Notes under the pieces: model-generated
What the model was told of the DNA's origin: nothing
The model's input: the letters and a program-made list of their open reading frames with translations, nothing else
Database searches by the model: none
In this document: positions 36,858-45,810 of the stretch, piece after piece
Layout: every line of letters starts with the position of its first letter
How positions within the stretch are numbered: position 1 is the first letter of the stretch
From: Patescibacteria group bacterium
Lineage (GTDB): Bacteria; Patescibacteriota; Minisyncoccia; Phycocordibacterales; BOKC01
Direction of reading: 5' to 3'
DNA length: 64,000 nucleotides
NCBI GenBank assembly: GCA_038062955.1
Contig: JBBTWE010000001.1
Location: 3,927 to 67,926, forward strand
Position numbers and translations under genes: made by a program

Positions 36858-37924
36858 AAGTCATACCATACGATAAAACAAGAAAGAATGAATGGGATGC
36901 TTTTTGCATTGCGAGTGATGATGCATGGTTTTGGCATACATCAGATTGGTTGGAATATACAATTAATTATAAACCGGAGCTAACAACTACCGATTTAAGT
37001 TTTTTGGTCTATGATCAGGACAAAATAGTTGCTATTGTTCCACTCACTTTGGAAAATACTTTATTGCTTACCGAAACGGTTAGAGAGTTTTCTTTTGGTG
37101 GATGGACTATTCCTGCGCCCGCATTGTTACCCGGGCTGTCTGTGGGTGAACGAGAATATCTCCACACATTTATTTTTAAGGAAATAGATAATCTAGCCAC
37201 TCAAAGTAATGTTGTTCGGGCAAGTTTCAGAATTAGTCCGCTTTCTTCAAATGAACGGGGAAATGTCCACTACAATTATCTTCTCCCTTTCGGGTATAGT
37301 GATGTTTCTCTGTTTACGAGAATTATTGATTTAAATAAAAGACCGGAGGAATTGTGGAATGATCTTCGGCGGAATCATAAACGCAGTATAAAAAAAGTCA
37401 GTGATTTTAAGGTATCTTTTTTTTCATCTGAAAACATAACTAAAGAAATCTTTGATGAGTACAAAAAAATGCATCATAAGGCCGCTGGACGTAAGACCCG
37501 CCCGGACATTACTTTTGAAATGATGTTTGACTGGATTCAAGATAATCTCGGTTTCTTGGGGGTGGTGGAATATCGGGGTGAAAGAATCGGTTTTGAGTAT
37601 TACACAATATATAAAAATAAAGCATATGGATTTTCTGCCGCTAACGAGCCCGCATATTCTTATTTGCCCATACGACCGATTTTGGAATGGGAAGCTATGT
37701 TATGGATGAAGAAAAAAGACATCTCTACCTATGAAATCGGTGTAGATTATTATGGAACCCTGCCTTATGATGTGCCGGATTCTGAACAGTTAAACATCTC
37801 TCATTTTAAAAGAGGTTTTGGTGGAGTTCCCGTCCCATTGATAATGGCTGAAAAATTTTATAACAAGGATTACTTCCTAAAAATGACTGATTATCGAGCA
37901 CACCGTTTTGCTTCAACGTTATGA
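36854..37924 (+). CDS. FemAB/Acetyltransf_6-like GNAT-fold acyl/aminoacyl transferase (putative)
   Basis: Overall length and pattern; weak. Confidence 0.4.
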   Translation: MKVIPYDKTRKNEWDAFCIASDDAWFWHTSDWLEYTINYKPELTTTDLSFLVYDQDKIVAIVPLTLENTLLLTETVREFSFGGWTIPAPALLPGLSVGEREYLHTFIFKEIDNLATQSNVVRASFRISPLSSNERGNVHYNYLLPFGYSDVSLFTRIIDLNKRPEELWNDLRRNHKRSIKKVSDFKVSFFSSENITKEIFDEYKKMHHKAAGRKTRPDITFEMMFDWIQDNLGFLGVVEYRGERIGFEYYTIYKNKAYGFSAANEPAYSYLPIRPILEWEAMLWMKKKDISTYEIGVDYYGTLPYDVPDSEQLNISHFKRGFGGVPVPLIMAEKFYNKDYFLKMTDYRAHRFASTL

Positions 37925-38889
37925 TAACTACGAAATTAATTATTATAGGTTTTGGCTCAATCGGACAGAGACACTATAAAAATCTCCTTTCTCTTGGGTA
38001 TGAAAATGTTTATGTTTACGATGTAGATCCAAAAAAGATTCAAGATTCAAGATTCAAGATTCAAGATTTAGATGAAAAGACACTAAAAGATTTTAATGTC
38101 GCTTTTATAACCAACCCGACCCACTTACATGTTGAAACAGCTTTGCTTGCGGCCAAAGCCGGTTGTCATTTGTTTATCGAAAAACCCCTTTCTCATAATC
38201 TAAAAGGTATAAAGAATCTAATAGAAGTTGCTAAAAAGAAAAAGAGTATTGTGATGGTTGGATGCAATTATAGATTCAACAAAGGTTTTAAAATGTTAGA
38301 AGAGGTTGTGAAGAATAAAAAATTCGGTGATCCATTATTGTCTCGAGTGGTGATCAGTCAAAATTTAATTAAGTCTCGGCCTGGAGTTGATTTCAAGACT
38401 ACCTATGCGGCGCAATCAAAATTTGGCGGCGGAGTTATATTAGATTCTGGATCGCACGCTGTTGATTATCTCTCTTCTCTATTTGGTTTCGGCAAATGCG
38501 TTTCTGCCTACTCCGAAAAAAATGACAAACTTGATATAGACGCGGAACACTCGGCTAATTTTATTTTGAAGCATAAAAATGGGGTTGTATCGGAAGTCAG
38601 TCTGGACTATTTCGGTGAACCTAAAAAGCATTCTTTAGAAGTGCAATTTAAAAATGGTTCTGTTAAATGGAATTTTGCCGGAAATACAATCGAGACTTAC
38701 GATAGCAAAAGTGGGGAATCAAAAATCACTTCGATTTACGGAGCGAGTGAGATAGAATCGGCTCGAAATGATATGTATGTGGAAGAGTTGCGACATTTTT
38801 TAAATGCGGTTAAATATAGTGGACCCGTAATCAATGATTTGGAAAATGCGTTTGAGGTTATGAAAATATTAATTAAAGCCAAAAAATAA
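37921..38889 (+). CDS. Gfo/Idh/MocA-family NAD(P)-dependent oxidoreductase
   Basis: IIIGFGSIGQRH Rossmann N-terminus; contains in-frame heptamer repeat. Confidence 0.7.
   Translation: MITTKLIIIGFGSIGQRHYKNLLSLGYENVYVYDVDPKKIQDSRFKIQDLDEKTLKDFNVAFITNPTHLHVETALLAAKAGCHLFIEKPLSHNLKGIKNLIEVAKKKKSIVMVGCNYRFNKGFKMLEEVVKNKKFGDPLLSRVVISQNLIKSRPGVDFKTTYAAQSKFGGGVILDSGSHAVDYLSSLFGFGKCVSAYSEKNDKLDIDAEHSANFILKHKNGVVSEVSLDYFGEPKKHSLEVQFKNGSVKWNFAGNTIETYDSKSGESKITSIYGASEIESARNDMYVEELRHFLNAVKYSGPVINDLENAFEVMKILIKAKK
38036..38070 (+). repeat. in-frame heptanucleotide tandem repeat (agattca)x4+agattta
   Basis: Encodes KIQDSRFKIQDL; same heptamer family as 8395-8436. Confidence 0.65.
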
Positions 38890-38892
38890 TCC

Positions 38893-40200
38893 ATGGCAAA
38901 AACAAATAAAAAAAGAATTTTGCAAAAATCTAAAATCCTTCTTGAAAAGGCCGAAAAAATTATTCCTAGAGGCGCTCAAACCTTAAGCAAAGCGCCAGAT
39001 CAGTTTATTCGTGGCGTTTCTCCCTATGCAATTGCAAAAGGTAAGGGCTGTCATGTCTGGGATGTCGATGGAAATAAATATATAGATTTAGCTTCCTCGC
39101 TCGGCGCGATTGTTTTGGGGCATCAATTTCCTCTTGTTGAAAAAGCAATAAAGAAACAGAGAAAAAACGGGACACTATTTTCTCTCCCCGGGGAATTGGA
39201 AGTCGAGCTCGCAGAAAGAATTAAAAAAATGATTCCTTTTATGGAAAAGATGCGTTTTGGTATGAATGGTTCTGATGCAACGTCTGGTGCTATTCGTGTT
39301 GCCCGAGCTTATACCGGGAGAGACCATGTTGCTAAGTGCGGTTATCATGGTTGGACTGATTGGTCTATTGCAACCAATCCGCTTCGAAGCAAAGGTGTGC
39401 CACAAGTGGTTAAGGATCTGACCCATGAATTTAAATATAACGATATTGGAAGTTTGGAGAAAATTTTTGAGGATCATTCAGGAAAAGTCGCAGCTGTTAT
39501 CTTAGAGCCAGTAAGTACTGTGTTGCCAGAAAAAGATTTTTTGAATGAAGTAAAAAGGTTGGCTCATAAAAACGGAGCAGTATTGATTTTCGATGAATTA
39601 GTAACAGGCTTCAGATTAGCTAGGGGAGGTGCGGCGGAATATTTCAAAGTCGAACCAGATTTGGCTTGTTATGGGAAAGCAATTAGTAATGGTGAGCCGC
39701 TTTCAGTCTTTGGGGGCAAAGGCGAAATCATGGATGTTTTAAGCGGGCAGGACGTGTTCTACTCTTTTACCTATGCCGGATATCTTCCCTCAATTGCAGT
39801 TGCGATAGAAGTACTCAAATTCATGGAAAAAAACAATGTCCAGAAAAAACTTTGGAAAACCGGAGAATTACTTATCGCCAAATACAAAAAACTTACGGAA
39901 AAATATAAAGTGCCAACAAAAGTAACTGGAATCGGGCCTCACCCAATTTTTGCTTTTAAAGATGAGAAAGGGGGAGATAATCTCGCTCTCAAAAGTTTAT
40001 TCTTGCAGGAAACAGCTAAGCGTGGAATTTTGACCAACTGTTCGAATCTCACGAACTATTCTCATGAAGTTAAAGATATTGAAGAAGTATCTAAACGATT
40101 GGAAGAAATTTTTGTAATTATAGAAAAAGCGGTTCGAGAAAATAAAGTTGAAGAAAGGTTGGAGGGGCCTATGATACGCCCTCGCAGCAAACCCCTCTAA
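38893..40200 (+). CDS. class III PLP aminotransferase (glutamate-1-semialdehyde aminomutase-like)
   Basis: DELVTGFRLARGG, CYGKAISNG (PLP lysine). Confidence 0.75.
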   Translation: MAKTNKKRILQKSKILLEKAEKIIPRGAQTLSKAPDQFIRGVSPYAIAKGKGCHVWDVDGNKYIDLASSLGAIVLGHQFPLVEKAIKKQRKNGTLFSLPGELEVELAERIKKMIPFMEKMRFGMNGSDATSGAIRVARAYTGRDHVAKCGYHGWTDWSIATNPLRSKGVPQVVKDLTHEFKYNDIGSLEKIFEDHSGKVAAVILEPVSTVLPEKDFLNEVKRLAHKNGAVLIFDELVTGFRLARGGAAEYFKVEPDLACYGKAISNGEPLSVFGGKGEIMDVLSGQDVFYSFTYAGYLPSIAVAIEVLKFMEKNNVQKKLWKTGELLIAKYKKLTEKYKVPTKVTGIGPHPIFAFKDEKGGDNLALKSLFLQETAKRGILTNCSNLTNYSHEVKDIEEVSKRLEEIFVIIEKAVRENKVEERLEGPMIRPRSKPL

Positions 40201-40420
40201 AACCTCATATTCGGCACACTTCGTTGTCGCCGCACTCGTTTGCTCCCGCAATGTATAAGTACATACATTTTGGTCGACAAGCCTCGCTTGCTCCTAGAAT
40301 TGCGCTCGAATCTGAGATTTTAGAGTTTCTTCATTCGGTCAATTTTTATATAAAAAAACACCTTGGGACAATTCGTGTATCACGAACGTTCTCAAAGTGT
40401 TGTGGATGGGGGTAGCCCCA

Positions 40421-40867
40421 TCAACCTTCCCCAGGCAACTCTCCTCTTCGTGGCAAGCGACCGTGTTGCTCTAAAAACTGGAGTGACATTTCTGCCTTCT
40501 TCTTTGCACGGCGGTTGATTGCTATTTTTTGTTCACGCGTGAGAGTGAGTATTGAACCAATCTCTTCGCCGTAACCTACTTCTAGTGCACAAGCAGCTAT
40601 CTCTGTACAGTGATCCAAGAATTCCTCACTAGCTGTGCCATCGAAGATGTCGCCGGTGATGAGCCTCATTTCTTGGCTGTAATTTATCATCTTTATGTTC
40701 TGTGCGGCATGTGGACCAAAATCGCCGATACTTCGGCATACTGCACGAATTCTCTCCGCTTCGACGAGCATCTCTCTGAATTTTGCGTCCATTTCTGGTC
40801 TCCCTGGTTTGTTGTGTTTGAGATCAAAATCCTTTAGTAGGATAGCATAGGAAAAAATTTCTGTCAA
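40421..40867 (-). CDS. hypothetical protein, GC-rich island (weak MazG-like NTP pyrophosphohydrolase resemblance)
   Basis: GYGEEIGSILTLT resembles MazG EExGDxL; hairpin+T7 terminator downstream on minus. Confidence 0.3.
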   Translation of the reverse strand: MTEIFSYAILLKDFDLKHNKPGRPEMDAKFREMLVEAERIRAVCRSIGDFGPHAAQNIKMINYSQEMRLITGDIFDGTASEEFLDHCTEIAACALEVGYGEEIGSILTLTREQKIAINRRAKKKAEMSLQFLEQHGRLPRRGELPGEG

Positions 40868-40915
40868 ATTTCCTTTCGTAAAATAGAAATAGAACCTATT
40901 CTCTGTCGCTATACG

Positions 40916-41521
40916 TTATACGTTTACACCTAATTTTTGAAGTTCACTTTTGCACTGATCGAGGGATTCGAATAGAAAGGCATACATGCCGAGGTTTCTT
41001 GCCGCTTCAACATTTTTTTTGGAGTCATCGATAAAGATGGTTTCTTCTGGTTTTGATCCAAGTTCTTTAAGTGCTAATTCATAAGCCGTAGTGTTGGGCT
41101 TCATGATACCGATTTCATTGGAAAAAAACATTCGCGGGAATATTTTTTTGAGATTGTGATTATTTAGAATATGTTCCATCATCTCTTCGGTTAGATTAGA
41201 AAGAACAGCTGTCTTGTAATTTTTTTTGAGTTTTTTTGCAAGCTCAAGCATTTCCGGCCATATCTTGTAAGACGAAGTATAAGCTTCTCCTAATTTTGTT
41301 GGAGTAAGATTTTTTAATTTGAAAAATTCAATTATTTTATTCCAGAATTGTTCTTTGGACATCTCTCCACGATAGTATGGTTTTTGAATATCCTGGGATT
41401 TTTCTCCCATTTCATCAACACTTAAACCAGTTTGTTTGGTAATTTCAGGATGAAAAAATGGCTCTCCTGGGTTGCAAAAGACCCCGGCCCAATCAAATAT
41501 TATGGTTGTAATTTTCTTCAT
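40916..41521 (-). CDS. HAD-superfamily hydrolase
   Basis: IIFDWAGV (DxxG motif I), IFIDDS motif IV; start set at ATG preceded by AGGAGG. Confidence 0.7.
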   Translation of the reverse strand: MKKITTIIFDWAGVFCNPGEPFFHPEITKQTGLSVDEMGEKSQDIQKPYYRGEMSKEQFWNKIIEFFKLKNLTPTKLGEAYTSSYKIWPEMLELAKKLKKNYKTAVLSNLTEEMMEHILNNHNLKKIFPRMFFSNEIGIMKPNTTAYELALKELGSKPEETIFIDDSKKNVEAARNLGMYAFLFESLDQCKSELQKLGVNV

Positions 41522-41543
41522 ACCTCCTATAATACAAACTAAT

Positions 41544-42659
41544 ATGAACGGGGACAAGAACAGCAAAAATATGAAAATTTTTCTACCCAACAACCACAGT
41601 AAGTGGAAAATAGACTATAAATTGGTTAGTCCAGATAATAATGAAAATCTAAAGAAAGTTTTCTTGGAAAATTTTTCCAACATTGCTGATTCAGTAATAT
41701 CAATAGAACAAGTGGCTGAGACCGAAGTGAATAGTAATAATTTTAAACTTGGAACTTCCAAGGGTAAAAAGAAATCATTTTTCTTACTTCGCCGATATCC
41801 AGAAACTCGAAATATCGATTCCATAAAAGGCGCTCATGAGGTTTTAAATTTTTTAAATAAAAGTGGGCTGAAAACCCCAGAAATTATTTTGTCAGATAGT
41901 GGGGAGGAGATAGTTCATACGACCCCATACCACTACACTGTTTTTAAATTTCTCAAATCCAATCATTTTAAAGGAAGCTTGGATGAAATAAAAAGTGCTG
42001 CGAGAGAATTTGGCAAAATGGATGCTCTTCTAGAAAAATTGCCAGATGCTACTAAAATAAAGAAGATGCTCGAGTTTCCTCCGAAAGTTCTAAAGTTAAG
42101 AGAATTTTCTACAGAAATTTGGGAAAACATATTTAAAGAAGCAGGGAAACACCTAGAAGAAACCAATGACGAATTTGATTCCAAACTTCTTTCTTTTAAG
42201 GATTTTATTCTAGACGCTGTTAAAAAAACAGAAAGCTTGAAAGATGAAGCAAAAACATTAGATAAACAAATTATTCATTTTGATCTTCATCCTCATAATC
42301 TTTTAACTGACGGCAAGAAATTGGTAGCAATACTCGATTTCGATTCTTTAAGGAATTTTCCCAAAATGCACGGGATTGCTTTTGCGATGCATCGACTCGT
42401 GAGGCAATATATTGTCTTTGCCAAACCTAAAAATATCAAAAAAGCTGTAGAAAAGGCTAAAGAAATTTTTCTTAATGTATATCAAAAGGAAAATCCACTA
42501 ACCGAGCTTGAAATTAAATTAATTCCGTTTTTTCTAAAAACAGAAGCACTCTCAAGACTTTCTTACGCAATGAAAGATTTTTATTTTAATGGTAATGCTG
42601 CGTGGAAAGGGGATTTGGACAAGCAGACCGCTGCCATAGCAGAAGCAGAGCATTTTTAA
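41544..42659 (+). CDS. APH/choline-kinase-like phosphotransferase
   Basis: IIHFDLHPHNLL...ILDFDS (Brenner motif + DFD). Confidence 0.6.
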   Translation: MNGDKNSKNMKIFLPNNHSKWKIDYKLVSPDNNENLKKVFLENFSNIADSVISIEQVAETEVNSNNFKLGTSKGKKKSFFLLRRYPETRNIDSIKGAHEVLNFLNKSGLKTPEIILSDSGEEIVHTTPYHYTVFKFLKSNHFKGSLDEIKSAAREFGKMDALLEKLPDATKIKKMLEFPPKVLKLREFSTEIWENIFKEAGKHLEETNDEFDSKLLSFKDFILDAVKKTESLKDEAKTLDKQIIHFDLHPHNLLTDGKKLVAILDFDSLRNFPKMHGIAFAMHRLVRQYIVFAKPKNIKKAVEKAKEIFLNVYQKENPLTELEIKLIPFFLKTEALSRLSYAMKDFYFNGNAAWKGDLDKQTAAIAEAEHF

Positions 42660-42692
42660 AATCCTAAATCTTATATCGTAAATCATAAATCT

Positions 42693-43451
42693 ATGAGTAC
42701 TCTCTGTATAATTCAAGCTCGAATGAGCTCAACAAGATTACCCGGAAAAGTTTTGAAAGAGATAAACGGTAAACCTATGCTTTTTTATTGTTTGGAAAGA
42801 TTAAAAGAATCTAAAACTTTGGATAAGGTGGTGGTTGCAACGAGTGATCATAAAGATGACGATGTAATTGCCGATTTTTGCCAAAAAGAAAAAGTAGATT
42901 GTTTCCGTGGGTCACTCGAAGACGTATTGTCGCGCTACGCCGAATGTGCAAAAAAATATCCAGAATATGACACCATTGTTCGTGTGACTTCCGACTGCCC
43001 TTTGATTGATCCAAAAGTAGTCGATAAAGTTGTCTCAAATTTCTTAAAAGAAAAAATGGATTATGTAAGCAATGTCCTAGAAGAAACTTTTCCAGATGGA
43101 ATTGATATTGAAGCTTTTTCTAGAAAGGCACTTTTAGCTTCCGACAAAGAAGCCCTACTTCATTCTGAAAGAGAGCATGTTACTTTATATATTCGAAACA
43201 ACCCAAAATTTAAAAAACTAAACATTAAAAATAAAGTTAATATGTCTAAATACCGTTTGACGGTAGATAACCCCGAAGACTTCGAAGTAATTTCATTCTT
43301 AATAGAGAATTACGGATACAAACTTACCTTCGAAGAATACTGCAAGCATTTAGATAAGCATCCAGAAATTATGGAGAAGAATTCTAAAATTGAGCGAAAT
43401 GCCGGTCTCAAAAAATCTCTTAAAGAAGATAAGAATTCTTCTAATTCCTAG
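42693..43451 (+). CDS. CTP_transf_3-family cytidylyltransferase (CMP-nonulosonate synthetase/SpsF-like)
   Basis: IIQARMSSTRLPGKVL N-terminal motif. Confidence 0.7.
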   Translation: MSTLCIIQARMSSTRLPGKVLKEINGKPMLFYCLERLKESKTLDKVVVATSDHKDDDVIADFCQKEKVDCFRGSLEDVLSRYAECAKKYPEYDTIVRVTSDCPLIDPKVVDKVVSNFLKEKMDYVSNVLEETFPDGIDIEAFSRKALLASDKEALLHSEREHVTLYIRNNPKFKKLNIKNKVNMSKYRLTVDNPEDFEVISFLIENYGYKLTFEEYCKHLDKHPEIMEKNSKIERNAGLKKSLKEDKNSSNS

Positions 43452-43468
43452 AGCCTATTGCCTAATTT

Positions 43469-44329
43469 ATGACTTGGTTTTATCTCAGCCTCACACAAGC
43501 TTTTCTTACAGCCGTGACATGGCTTATGTTGAAGCGCTCTCAAAATAAGGGTGCCACCAATGAAGGATCGCTTTTTATCTATTTCACTTTTCTGATCCTC
43601 GGCATTTTTGGTTGGCATCTTTTTACAAACACTCCATTCATTCTCCCTTCAGTTGGTTGGGGCGCGGTATTAATATTGGGTGGAGTGATAGCGGCTGTCT
43701 CGAATCTTTTTTCCATGTCTTCATTTCGGCATGGTCCAAATGTTGGATTTTCTCTCGCTCTCTCTTCAACACAATCAATCTGGGTAACCATAGCCGGTGT
43801 TTTACTTTTTAAAAGCAATTTTAACCTTGCGGCAATTCTAGGGATCCTGGTGATAATTATCGGGGTATTTTTAATATACGGAAAAAGTTCGTGGACGGAT
43901 TTTAAGTGGGGGAAGATGGCTTTGCTTTCTGCTTTGGTCAGCTCGCTATACTGGATACTAGTGATGCTAGTAAGTAGGGCAATACCAGATCTTCAAGTTA
44001 CAGTTATTTTAATCTTCGTGGCAGTGCCTCAATTGTTTGTTTTTGCTTTGGCTCGTTTCCGTAAACTAGAATTTAAAAAATGGTGTTCATTTTCTCTCGT
44101 TGCTTTTCTAGCCTTTTGTGGATTTTTAGGAGCTCTCAATAACTTAGCCGGCATTGCCGCTGTGACCACGGCTCCAAATCCCGGTTACGCTTTAGCAATC
44201 GCGTCATCAAATGTAATCTTGGCCACATTTTTCTCTTACTTTTTCTTCAAATCTTCTCTCAAGCGCCAACAAGTGCTAGCAACTTTTATTATCGTGCTAG
44301 GAGTAGTTTTAATTCGTTTAGGAGTATAA
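43469..44329 (+). CDS. EamA/DMT-family transporter
   Basis: ~10 predicted TM helices, duplicated EamA-like halves. Confidence 0.6.
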   Translation: MTWFYLSLTQAFLTAVTWLMLKRSQNKGATNEGSLFIYFTFLILGIFGWHLFTNTPFILPSVGWGAVLILGGVIAAVSNLFSMSSFRHGPNVGFSLALSSTQSIWVTIAGVLLFKSNFNLAAILGILVIIIGVFLIYGKSSWTDFKWGKMALLSALVSSLYWILVMLVSRAIPDLQVTVILIFVAVPQLFVFALARFRKLEFKKWCSFSLVAFLAFCGFLGALNNLAGIAAVTTAPNPGYALAIASSNVILATFFSYFFFKSSLKRQQVLATFIIVLGVVLIRLGV

Positions 44330-44362
44330 AAATAAAAAATCCGTTCTGGGTTTTCAGAACGG
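44329..44362 (-). terminator. rho-independent terminator (T-run on minus strand)
   Basis: ccgttctg-ggtttt-cagaacgg preceded on plus by aaaataaaaaat. Confidence 0.5.
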
Positions 44363-44384
44363 ACGATCGAGTGAGTTCCTTGAG

Positions 44385-44624
44385 TTAATATCGGTGTCCA
44401 TCGATATAACCCTTGGCAAAGCTCAAGCACTCGTGGAAAGATGGAGTGACGTGGCCACTTCCGGCGAGATACCAATTCCGCGGGTCAGAGAAATCGTTCT
44501 CGAGATCGGCCCAGTTGCATCCCTCTGGTAGGTTTCGGTAACGAGGGTCTTGCTTCAGGGCACTCAATACTTGCTGGATCACCGCAGGCAGGCCTTCCAA
44601 ACCAGGCAATTGGTCAGATATCAT
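44385..44624 (-). CDS. hypothetical small protein, GC-rich island
   Basis: 79-aa ORF in ~58% GC region. Confidence 0.35.
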   Translation of the reverse strand: MISDQLPGLEGLPAVIQQVLSALKQDPRYRNLPEGCNWADLENDFSDPRNWYLAGSGHVTPSFHECLSFAKGYIDGHRY

Positions 44625-44730
44625 TACTCAACTCCTTTGGTTTCTTAGTGGGTAAAGGGAACAGTCCTTCACAATTATGGCATATCAATGAAATTTCTGC
44701 AAGTTTTTGCGTGTTCTTTTTTCCTTTTGA

Positions 44731-44770
44731 ATAAAAAAATCCGCCTCAACGCACGAATGCGGAGGCGGAT
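44731..44770 (-). terminator. rho-independent terminator for beta-propeller gene
   Basis: atccgcctc...gaggcggat stem with A7 on plus (U-run on minus). Confidence 0.5.
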
Positions 44771-44798
44771 GAAGCAAGGAACCTCGCGGCTCTACTTG

Positions 44799-45623
44799 CT
44801 AGCTGAACATGTGCGCAGGAACGAAGACCAGAGCCCCTGGCTTCTCGATCGAGTGACCGTACTGGGTCACGATCGCATTGCCATCAGGATCGAAGGCGAT
44901 GCCGTTGCCGCAGAGGCCGGGAATCACGAGTTCGCCGTCGTGGTAGATGCCCTTACGTTCCGTGGCGCGGAAGTCGGTGATGGTCCAGAGGCGGTCACTA
45001 CCTTCTTGACGTGCGATGCCGTAGCGGAAGGCGCCAATGTCTTCCTTGCTTGCACGTTCGAGGGTGTTGTCGTCTGCGAATGCGTACTCGTTGATTGTCC
45101 ACGCGTCGCACTTCACGTTGGACTCCACTGTGTGGACATTGTCACCCCTCAGCAAGAGAGAGTGCACCATCGTACCTTCTTCCACGTCATCGGGGAAGGA
45201 GATTTCTTCGTTCAGGAATCTCCACCTTCCACCTTCCGTTTCCGGAGGTGAGATGACGAAGATCTTGCGATCGCTGTTCCGGAGAACGCAGAGGTTGCCC
45301 GCACCATCGAAGTATGCAACCTGCATACGGTTGAAGTCCTTCTTGAAGAAGTCGGGGAAGAGGCGGGTGGTTCCTTCGGCCCCCTTCACGAACTTCATGT
45401 CCATGACGATGTCGTCGCCATCCTGCCGCAGCTTCCCGAGGCAGACTTGCGGTTCGAAGTACTCTGCGATCACGAACTGGCCGGTCTGGGGGTCGTAGCT
45501 CACTCCCAAGGGCTGGGATGCGATCTCGATCCTCACTGGGCCCCCCGGCGAGCTCTCGAGTTCCGAAGCGAATCTGGCCTGGATGCTTGGCGGTGCTGAG
45601 CTGCAACGCCGTTGGGTGTTCAC
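44799..45623 (-). CDS. SMP-30/gluconolactonase/NHL-like beta-propeller protein, GC-rich island
   Basis: GNGIAFDPDGN-type blade motifs. Confidence 0.45.
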   Translation of the reverse strand: MNTQRRCSSAPPSIQARFASELESSPGGPVRIEIASQPLGVSYDPQTGQFVIAEYFEPQVCLGKLRQDGDDIVMDMKFVKGAEGTTRLFPDFFKKDFNRMQVAYFDGAGNLCVLRNSDRKIFVISPPETEGGRWRFLNEEISFPDDVEEGTMVHSLLLRGDNVHTVESNVKCDAWTINEYAFADDNTLERASKEDIGAFRYGIARQEGSDRLWTITDFRATERKGIYHDGELVIPGLCGNGIAFDPDGNAIVTQYGHSIEKPGALVFVPAHMFS

Positions 45624-45732
45624 GATTCATGGCTGTGTTCCTGTGCTTTGTAAGGTCAAGGTGCAATTCCAGCGAAGTGCTGGATTCCTCCATAATAATA
45701 CCTATATTGGCTTTTTTGTCAAGCACCATGAT

Positions 45733-45761
45733 TTGACATTCTGAAGACAGTATGTTAAATA
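45733..45761 (+). promoter_or_regulatory. sigma70-like promoter TTGACA-N17-TAAATA
   Basis: Near-consensus; 50 nt upstream of GTG 45811 with GGGGGA SD. Confidence 0.5.
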
Positions 45762-45810
45762 TAAAGGCAGTTGTTCTTCAATAAAAACAAACACAAAAAG
45801 GGGGATTCCC

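Noticed and set aside
40224-40415. 63-aa ORF on plus strand
   Set aside because: It lies within the hairpin/T-run terminator region downstream of the minus-strand gene, and has no SD or motif.
44688-45729. Several overlapping ORFs (44688..45251 +, 45037..45498 +, 45187..45729 -)
   Set aside because: They are alternative frames within the GC-rich beta-propeller gene. Only the 274-aa minus-strand frame has recognisable propeller blade motifs and a terminator.
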